This document shows, one piece after another, positions 48,327 to 55,303 of a stretch of 64,000 nt of DNA. Under the pieces are notes generated by a model, which ran no database searches, was not told where the DNA came from, and saw only the letters and a program-made list of their open reading frames with translations. This DNA comes from Clostridiales bacterium (GTDB taxonomy: Bacteria > Bacillota > Clostridia > Oscillospirales > UBA644). Within the stretch, counting starts at the first letter, position 1; each line of letters opens with the position of its first letter. The stretch is from assembly GCA_003343705.1 (NCBI GenBank), contig QAKR01000010.1, forward strand, positions 3,855 through 67,854, written 5' to 3'. Made by a program: the position numbers and the translations under genes.

Positions 48327-51209
48327 CTAATTCACATTGTTATCAACGGAAACGACCATTATATTTGAAATTTCATAATACTCGTTTTCGCTTGCCCTTT
48401 CAGTCTGTGAAATTTTCAAACTCTGAATATTTTGTAAAGAATTACTATCCAGATAATCTTTAGGGAAGTTTGCAATGACTACTTTTGTTTCACCGGGTAA
48501 TATTGATCCGGAACTACCGCAAACAACATCAGAAGAACCTGCCGCAACAGAAAGAGATAAACCTATTGCTTTATTTGGGCCTGTGTTTTTAACTTCAAAT
48601 CGTATTGCCGTATATCCATCGAAATTATTACCTAAAGTAAAAGAATCCGGTTTTATTGTTATCCTTGAAAGCTTGCCTGAAAATTCTGCTTGAAGAGCTG
48701 AATTTCCAATATTCAAACCTGTTCCGTATTTATTGGTAGATATCTTAGCAATAGCATCTATTGTGTTTTGATTTGTTAAATCCACCAAAAGAGCACCCTT
48801 TTCAACCTGTTGAAGAATAACTTTTTTATATACTTCTGTTTTACCGGCTACAGAAACTTCTACTTCATAAATATAACGGCCGGTGCCAGAAATTTCTATA
48901 TCATATGTAAAAACGTCGTATCCACTTGCCTGTTTCACTAATTCAGCCGAATTCTTCTCAACCTTAACAGATGCTCCGTGAGGTGCATAGAGAGTTAAAC
49001 GTTTTTTCAATACACTGTCTGGGTCGCCGCTTATTTCTGCATTTGTAACAACCAGAGGGATGTTATTATTAAAATCTGTTTTTATACAATCACGTATCTT
49101 ATACGTGGTCTGTATGTCTGTATTTATGATCACCTTTTCGTAATCAATCACGTTGTTTGACTGAGAAAGCTGATCATCCAGAGAGCCTAAATTCTTTATA
49201 TTTTTAGGTGCAAACATATTTTCTTCATACTGAGCTCTTACCTTTTTATAATCAAGAGGTAATCCTAAAGCCTTAACATTGCTGTCAACAGATTCACAGC
49301 CAATTTCTATATACTCATAATCTTCAATGCGCTTAAGATATCTTGAATATTGTTCCCCGTTTATAGAAATTGTTATATGTTTCAGATTCTCGTTGGCAGT
49401 TAAAAATATCGATGAATAGGTGCTGTATTTACCGAAATTAGTCTCAGCTGCTTTGTTGCCAGCTATAACAACATCGGCATTGGGTTCAGCATAAACTCGA
49501 ACCTCTCTCTTATTGGTGCTTTCATCATCCATATATGCCAGTACTGCAACTATCGAACTGTCATTCATAATATCATGCGCCAACTGCTTACGTACTTGCA
49601 GCATATACTCAGGAGAATGGTTGTAATCTCCCATGGTATTATAAAGAGGTGCGTAATATGAATCCATTATCTGATCTGCTGTGACATTATCTATATCCCA
49701 TTCATCAAGCCTTTGTTGAATTTTATTTTGCATAAGACATAAATACTCATTATCTTCATTCCCGTCACGGATACTCTCCAAACGGATCGTCGGAACCGGA
49801 GTATTGTGATTTATAATACCATCATTTTCAGTTCCTATATAAATAAGATACCCATCTCCTGCAGGAGGGAAGGCTTGTGGATCGGTCCACTGATCTCGAG
49901 ATACATAAATTTCTTGTTCTGGTAGATACTTACTATCCACCATGGTGCAATACCAGAAAAGATCACCTGTTATATTCCAATCTTTTTGCATCCATCGAAC
50001 CAATCGTGAGGACATTAATCTGTCCTGAACGTGAAATGTTGGATAAGGCGCTCTTGGAGCCGTACAACCATACCACCAAACTTCATACCCACGTTGTTGC
50101 CAATCCCGTACATATCTTTCAAACGCAGTTGTTTCAGATGACCATATCCCACAGAAAAGATCAATATAGTCTGCAAGAGGTTCACGGGGAGAGGATGTTG
50201 TCATCACTCGCAGATCCGGGGCATACGAATTTATGGCAGCCAGTGTTTCTTTTTGTGATGCGGTTCCATCACCGATTTCATCAAACATATATATATAAGC
50301 TTTTTCAAGGGTCCCGTCGGCACGCATTCTGTCAAGAAGTGCCTTTGTGGCAGAGGTAGGAACGGCAACTCCGTTTTCTATTGTGTAATTGCCCAAAGCA
50401 CTTATATTATAGCTTGTAACACGGGGATCAGAGGCAAACCGCAAAATATCATTGGCGTATTGATCAACATTATTAAACGGTATGGGTAGATGGGTACCGG
50501 TAATCCTGTACTCTTGAAAAAACCAATAATATTGCTCCCACACATCATAATAAGACTGGCCGTTCAATGCATTATTCTTTTGCATTAGGTTGTATGCATT
50601 ATTCCATATTGCATATGCGGTTTCAAAAGATCGCTCTACAGGCAGAGCAAAATCCCACACTTCAATTTCAACCGGGATTTTAATAATTCCTCCGTCATGC
50701 GTAAGAGTTACTTCTCCTGTATAGATACCGGCTGTCTGCTCTTCTGTTGAAGTTACTGTTATCCAATATCCCTGATTTTCACCGGCTTTAATATCAACAG
50801 AGTTGAGGTCATCATATTTAAGAGGAATCATCGCATCCGGATAATATCCATGATTAGCATATCCTGCATTTTTCTCAACTGATATGTAATATTGGCGATA
50901 AGCCTCCGCTGCCAGAATCTCTCCTTTTTCATTTATAAAATCAGTCATTGAGAGAGAAACATTTGAAGCATCTTGATCAAAATTAAGGACAAATTGCATA
51001 CCTTCACCTTCATTTTTAGCAAGGCATGCTGTTAAGGTTTTTTGGTCGTTAGACGGTATATTCTCGTTACGCATATATTTAACTGCGTTTGAAATAATTG
51101 TTACATCTTTAATTGCTGGGGAGGCGGGCTCATATGATACAACCGAACAAGACATAAGCAGTCCTGCCAAGATAGTCGTGAAAACAATTACACATACTGT
51201 TTTTTTCAA
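48327..51209 (-). CDS. DUF4091/GH123-like surface lipoprotein (960 aa), tandem paralog
   Basis: Lipobox LLMSC. LAKNEGEGMQF, YMFDEIG, VWWYGCTAPRAPYPTF...RLVRWMQKDWNITGDLFW. TTG start 6 nt after GGAGGA. Confidence 0.8.
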   Translation of the reverse strand: MKKTVCVIVFTTILAGLLMSCSVVSYEPASPAIKDVTIISNAVKYMRNENIPSNDQKTLTACLAKNEGEGMQFVLNFDQDASNVSLSMTDFINEKGEILAAEAYRQYYISVEKNAGYANHGYYPDAMIPLKYDDLNSVDIKAGENQGYWITVTSTEEQTAGIYTGEVTLTHDGGIIKIPVEIEVWDFALPVERSFETAYAIWNNAYNLMQKNNALNGQSYYDVWEQYYWFFQEYRITGTHLPIPFNNVDQYANDILRFASDPRVTSYNISALGNYTIENGVAVPTSATKALLDRMRADGTLEKAYIYMFDEIGDGTASQKETLAAINSYAPDLRVMTTSSPREPLADYIDLFCGIWSSETTAFERYVRDWQQRGYEVWWYGCTAPRAPYPTFHVQDRLMSSRLVRWMQKDWNITGDLFWYCTMVDSKYLPEQEIYVSRDQWTDPQAFPPAGDGYLIYIGTENDGIINHNTPVPTIRLESIRDGNEDNEYLCLMQNKIQQRLDEWDIDNVTADQIMDSYYAPLYNTMGDYNHSPEYMLQVRKQLAHDIMNDSSIVAVLAYMDDESTNKREVRVYAEPNADVVIAGNKAAETNFGKYSTYSSIFLTANENLKHITISINGEQYSRYLKRIEDYEYIEIGCESVDSNVKALGLPLDYKKVRAQYEENMFAPKNIKNLGSLDDQLSQSNNVIDYEKVIINTDIQTTYKIRDCIKTDFNNNIPLVVTNAEISGDPDSVLKKRLTLYAPHGASVKVEKNSAELVKQASGYDVFTYDIEISGTGRYIYEVEVSVAGKTEVYKKVILQQVEKGALLVDLTNQNTIDAIAKISTNKYGTGLNIGNSALQAEFSGKLSRITIKPDSFTLGNNFDGYTAIRFEVKNTGPNKAIGLSLSVAAGSSDVVCGSSGSILPGETKVVIANFPKDYLDSNSLQNIQSLKISQTERASENEYYEISNIMVVSVDNNVN

Positions 51210-51267
51210 GATGCATCCTCCTAAATATACTTAATATGAAAAATTATATTATTTGCGAATCAACAAA

Positions 51268-52890
51268 TTAAAATTTATAATACCAGCTTAGTCTTCCTGC
51301 AGGGAGAACACTTCCGGAAACGTAATATTCAGAAATATCAAACGGATCTTTGACACTGTCTGCAACTTTAAAATAAAAACCTTCAGTAGCATCTGCACCG
51401 ATAATGTCGCGAGGTATAACAAGTTGCATTGTATTTTTTTCGATTATATAATCTGTTTTTGCATATGAAACAGTAAACCCGGCACAATTAAGTTCATCCA
51501 GGGAGCCTGCACAGCGGCGGTTTGCAACAAATTTATATCCTTCCCAGCCCTGTTTCTTAGGAGTGCCCGCAGATATGAAAACATTCATCCAACCCGGTCG
51601 CATACGGCTTTCAGTAATATCATTTTCAGTTTTTATAAGAAAATAAATATTATTTTTATCATGACTAACACGGACTTCTGTAATATTATTCTCAGCAGGA
51701 TCTGTGTGATAATGTATTTTATTATCATACGCAAAGCTGTCACGGCTGTAATTATCGGAAGTCTGCGGTAAATAAATATTTTTCACATCGTCCCACTGTG
51801 CAAGCCCTTCAGAGATATTAATTTCTTTCATTTTTGCACTTTGAGTAAAAGGAGTTGCTTTTTTAAATTTACGAATATTATTAATCATCTGCATATAGAA
51901 AGCATCACCGTATCCGCCGCGCATCATCTCAACATCGCGGGAATATTCTTCGGAAAAACAATCGCAAAAACCTGTCTCCCCCATGAGATTAAGCTTTTGA
52001 GCACCCCATTCATTCCACCCTGTAACAAACACTTCGTTTACGTCTTCGTTGTTTATAGCAGTGTCCCATTGTTTTTGGAAGTTCTGCCCAAGCCGGAAAG
52101 TGTCATGATTATCGTTACCTTCATGATCATAACCTCTGCCCCAGTTACCTTTTTGAGTATAAAAAATACCTTTTGCATGTTGAGCAACAGAAACACTGAC
52201 AACCCCTTTATGAATAGGCTGAGGATATGTCCATTCCATCCAGGGTAGACCTTTTTCACTAAATTTTTCATTAGGCCACTGAGAAACCCAAACATCAAAA
52301 AATTCATACATTTTAGGATCTTCTGTTTCAAGGTCTGAAGTTGCAACTATAACAGGCTTACCGTTAGGTGAATACCAAACATCAGGATGAAGATTTTTTT
52401 CTTTATAAAAAATTTCCCAAATAATCTGAACAGTCTGAACTGAACCTGAGTTTGTATAGCAGGCAACTTTAGGAACTTTAACTCCTTCTTTTTGGTATCT
52501 CTCAAGCTCTTCCATAATATTCAATATAACCTGTGGATATATTTGTGCATTTGTATTATCAAACAATATGTAGTCTATACCTGCGGCAGACAATAACTCT
52601 ATGTGCTTTCGTATTACAAAACGTTCCTCACTGTTATAATATCCATACAGCGGCTCGCCCCAGTAATGGAAACCCCATGCCGGGCTTTCGTCCGGACCTT
52701 TAACGTCCCATAACGATTCGGGATCTTTCTTTAACAGTTTTTCAATATCGTATATTTCTTTATCGCCTAACTGACCTAACCAGCAAAAATAAAAAATGCC
52801 AACTTTCTTTTTTTCATCAATTGAATCATAAGGCATGATTGTTCTGCCGAACTCATCGATACCGCATAGCGCATTAAAGTTTTTTTCCAT
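51268..52890 (-). CDS. Cytoplasmic glycoside-hydrolase-like protein of unassigned family (540 aa)
   Basis: No signal peptide. VGIFYFCWLGQ...FHYWGEPLYGYYNSEERFVIRKHIELLSAAGIDYILFDNTN...VTGWNEWGAQ looks like a TIM-barrel GH-like fold with a C-terminal beta-sandwich. GGTGGGA SD. It is the first gene of the island. Confidence 0.55.
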   Translation of the reverse strand: MEKNFNALCGIDEFGRTIMPYDSIDEKKKVGIFYFCWLGQLGDKEIYDIEKLLKKDPESLWDVKGPDESPAWGFHYWGEPLYGYYNSEERFVIRKHIELLSAAGIDYILFDNTNAQIYPQVILNIMEELERYQKEGVKVPKVACYTNSGSVQTVQIIWEIFYKEKNLHPDVWYSPNGKPVIVATSDLETEDPKMYEFFDVWVSQWPNEKFSEKGLPWMEWTYPQPIHKGVVSVSVAQHAKGIFYTQKGNWGRGYDHEGNDNHDTFRLGQNFQKQWDTAINNEDVNEVFVTGWNEWGAQKLNLMGETGFCDCFSEEYSRDVEMMRGGYGDAFYMQMINNIRKFKKATPFTQSAKMKEINISEGLAQWDDVKNIYLPQTSDNYSRDSFAYDNKIHYHTDPAENNITEVRVSHDKNNIYFLIKTENDITESRMRPGWMNVFISAGTPKKQGWEGYKFVANRRCAGSLDELNCAGFTVSYAKTDYIIEKNTMQLVIPRDIIGADATEGFYFKVADSVKDPFDISEYYVSGSVLPAGRLSWYYKF

Positions 52891-53017
52891 AATAATCCCA
52901 CCCGGTTATAATTTTTTTTCATTATACATTATAATTGTGAAAAAGAATTGAATATAATAAAAATATAATTTTTATTACTTACATTATAATATCTCAACAA
53001 TTCCACATAAAGAAATT

Positions 53018-53105
53018 ATCACATTTCACAAATTTTTCATCACTTTTTGTGATATACATATTGACATATGTGATATGTTGTGATATAATAAGCTCACAAA
53101 GTGAT
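53018..53105. repeat. Array of six helically phased GTGAT/ATCAC cores (candidate operator array) in the divergent promoter region
   Basis: ATCAC at 53018 and 53039; GTGAT at 53049, 53070, 53080 and 53101. The start-to-start spacings are 21, 10, 21, 10 and 21 bp. The extended motif is (A/T)GTGATA(A/T). Confidence 0.6.
53061..53089 (+). promoter_or_regulatory. Consensus sigma-A promoter of the small membrane protein gene
   Basis: TTGACA (53061-53066), exactly 17 nt, then TATAAT (53084-53089). Two GTGAT cores lie in the spacer and -10 region. Confidence 0.6.
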
Positions 53106-53130
53106 AAACAACTTGAGGGGGATATTTAAT

Positions 53131-53424
53131 ATGACTAAAATATATGAAGAGCCTAATGGTTTTGAATTTGATTTTGAAGAAACAAAAACTGCTGTAAGAG
53201 AAAGTGCAAAAAAGGCTGCAAAAAAAATCCCCGCTTATTTAAATGGCCTCTATATGCTGATTGCAGCTATATCTTTATCGATTATGGGATATATGGTTGT
53301 GGGCGTTTATGCCGCAGCTCAAAGAGGTTTTAACGGAGGTATTGGCGGAGAGGTAATATTGGCAGCCGCTATATTTGTAGGAGCAAGGCTTTTATGGGCT
53401 CGTGTGAAAAATAAGTTAAAATAA
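53131..53424 (+). CDS. Small two-TM membrane protein, unknown function (97 aa)
   Basis: The ATG at 53131 follows GAGGGGGA. An acidic N-terminus and lysine-rich segment are followed by two hydrophobic helices. The track GTG start at 53101 is probably an over-extension. Confidence 0.6.
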   Translation: MTKIYEEPNGFEFDFEETKTAVRESAKKAAKKIPAYLNGLYMLIAAISLSIMGYMVVGVYAAAQRGFNGGIGGEVILAAAIFVGARLLWARVKNKLK

Positions 53425-53458
53425 ACAATTATATAACAGAAAACTGAAACTTTGGTTT

Positions 53459-53500
53459 AATAAATGTTGAAGGTAACTTCAACATTTATTATTTTATGCT
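53459..53500 (+). terminator. Rho-independent terminator
   Basis: Perfect 14-bp stem aataaatgttgaag / cttcaacatttatt, gtaa loop, then attttatgctattttt. Confidence 0.75.
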
Positions 53501-53577
53501 ATTTTTATTTCTAATATAGGGATTTTACAATTATGTTATAGGTAAATGTTTATAATAAACATATATAAACTTCAATT

Positions 53578-53609
53578 CCCTCAGCCTTATAAGCTTCTAA
53601 GGCTGAGGG
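53578..53609 (-). terminator. Hairpin downstream of nadE (possible terminator, no clear T-run)
   Basis: 12-bp stem ccctcagcctta / taaggctgaggg with an 8-nt loop, 54 nt after the nadE stop. Confidence 0.4.
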
Positions 53610-53662
53610 GAAAATATCATAAAATAAAAAATTCAACTGTTATATTTTATGAGTTTTAATTT

Positions 53663-55225
53663 TTACTTAAGATCAAAATCAATATCAGCAGCGATATAGG
53701 GAAGAGTAAAACCTATTAAATTTGCACCTTCAAAAACAGTAGAGCGTTTAAAACGGTTCTTCTTAAATCGATCATAGAAGGTGTCAAGGCAAGCAACAAT
53801 TTCATCCTCGTCAATATCTTCAAATACTGCAAGAGCAAGATTTTTTATCTCTTCATATGACTTCTGCATTTTTGCAAAAAAGTAGATATAAAAATCGTGT
53901 AGAGCATAATTCCCCACAATTTTTTCGGTCTCCTGTCCTGCTTTAAGTTCAGGGCTTATAGGAGTATTTGTTATATCAGTTAGAACTCCTGCTATAGCTT
54001 CATCCTTAGTTTTTGCAATATGCTTAATAAGCTCAAGAACAAGTGTTTTAGGAATTGAAGCATTAGGATTGTAGTGAGCCAGATTATCGCCTCCGAAAGT
54101 GCAGAAACCAAGAGCAGCCTCGGACATATCACCTGTACCGAGTACAAGCGCGTTATTCATATTTGCAATATCAAATAAAACTTGAGTACGCTCACGTGCC
54201 TGGGCATTTTCATATGTTACATCCTGGATTTCCGGATCATGTCCGATATCTTTTAGGTGAGCGGTAACAGCGTTTTTAATATCAACTGTCATTGATGTTA
54301 CACCAAGTTTTTCCATGAGCATATCGGCATTTGATTTTGTTCTTGTGCTTGTACCGAAACAAGGCATCGTAACGGCAATAATATTCGTCAAAGGAAGACC
54401 AAGCATTTGCATGGTTTTCTCAGCACATAATAAAGCAAGAGTGCTGTCAGAACCTCCCGAAACGCCTATAACAATTTTTTTAATACCGCTGCCACGCATT
54501 CTCATATACAGAGCTTGTGTTTGCAATTTGAAAAGTTCGTCCAGATAACGCTCCGGTTCATTTTTACCGAAATAAGGAATTCTGTCAAGACCTCTGTTGG
54601 GACGAGAATAAATCAATCCGCCCGGAATATCAATGTCGTAACATGCTATTGCATTATCCGGATCATCTTGGTTTTTAAAAGAACATATTATGCCTTTATT
54701 AAAAACTCCAGCAAAGCCTTTATAAACATTGTCTGCGCTGCTTTCACCGAATCCTGCATTTGCAACAGCTATGGCACAATTTTTAGAGTTTGAAGCTTCT
54801 GAACAAAACTCTATTATATCATTCTGAATACACGGATATCCTGCCATTGCTGTAGGTAATAAAATAATATCAGCGTTGCCGTCATCACCCGGTTGTGAAA
54901 CAACAACTCGCTTTCCGCTTATTGTTGTAGAAGCTTTTTGAATAAGCTCACCGTCTTTGACTATTATATTTTCATATCCTGCAACAGCAGTTACAAAAAT
55001 CTTATTTTCATTTTCGGAATATTCCAATAAGCTATCAAGCGCTTCGTTAGTTTGGTCTGCAAAAGCTTGATAATTAACAAGTTTACCTGCCGAAGCCCCG
55101 GTTAAACAATAAGCCGGGAATAAATAAATATCAGCATCGTTTTCACGCATAATATTTATCATTTTAGCAGCGTTTTCATGAGGTTTTCCAGTACTGACGT
55201 CAAATACTGCAGCTAAAATTTTCAT
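53663..55225 (-). CDS. nadE: NAD+ synthetase with an N-terminal CN-hydrolase-like domain that appears catalytically degenerate
   Basis: PP-loop VIGVSGGSDSTLAL, LGTGDMSEAALGF, and a C-terminal FKRS block of the large (glutamine-type) NadE class. The ATG at 55225 follows GGAGAG. Confidence 0.85.
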   Translation of the reverse strand: MKILAAVFDVSTGKPHENAAKMINIMRENDADIYLFPAYCLTGASAGKLVNYQAFADQTNEALDSLLEYSENENKIFVTAVAGYENIIVKDGELIQKASTTISGKRVVVSQPGDDGNADIILLPTAMAGYPCIQNDIIEFCSEASNSKNCAIAVANAGFGESSADNVYKGFAGVFNKGIICSFKNQDDPDNAIACYDIDIPGGLIYSRPNRGLDRIPYFGKNEPERYLDELFKLQTQALYMRMRGSGIKKIVIGVSGGSDSTLALLCAEKTMQMLGLPLTNIIAVTMPCFGTSTRTKSNADMLMEKLGVTSMTVDIKNAVTAHLKDIGHDPEIQDVTYENAQARERTQVLFDIANMNNALVLGTGDMSEAALGFCTFGGDNLAHYNPNASIPKTLVLELIKHIAKTKDEAIAGVLTDITNTPISPELKAGQETEKIVGNYALHDFYIYFFAKMQKSYEEIKNLALAVFEDIDEDEIVACLDTFYDRFKKNRFKRSTVFEGANLIGFTLPYIAADIDFDLK

Positions 55226-55303
55226 TATACATCTCTCCATAATTTTTTTTACAGTTTATCACGAACAAAACCTGATGTCAAGTGAATTCAATAAATCTTA
55301 CGT

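Noticed and set aside
49877-50359. 160-aa plus-strand ORF antisense to the GH123-like paralog
   Set aside because: It is a shadow ORF inside a conserved paralogous CDS.
51195-51216. A7 tract right after the TTG start of the GH123-like paralog, with an upstream out-of-frame ATG; considered a second phase-variation site
   Set aside because: As given, the TTG start is correctly spaced from GGAGGA and yields an intact lipoprotein signal peptide (MKKTVCVIVFTTILAGLLMSC). No frame repair is needed, unlike at 33785.
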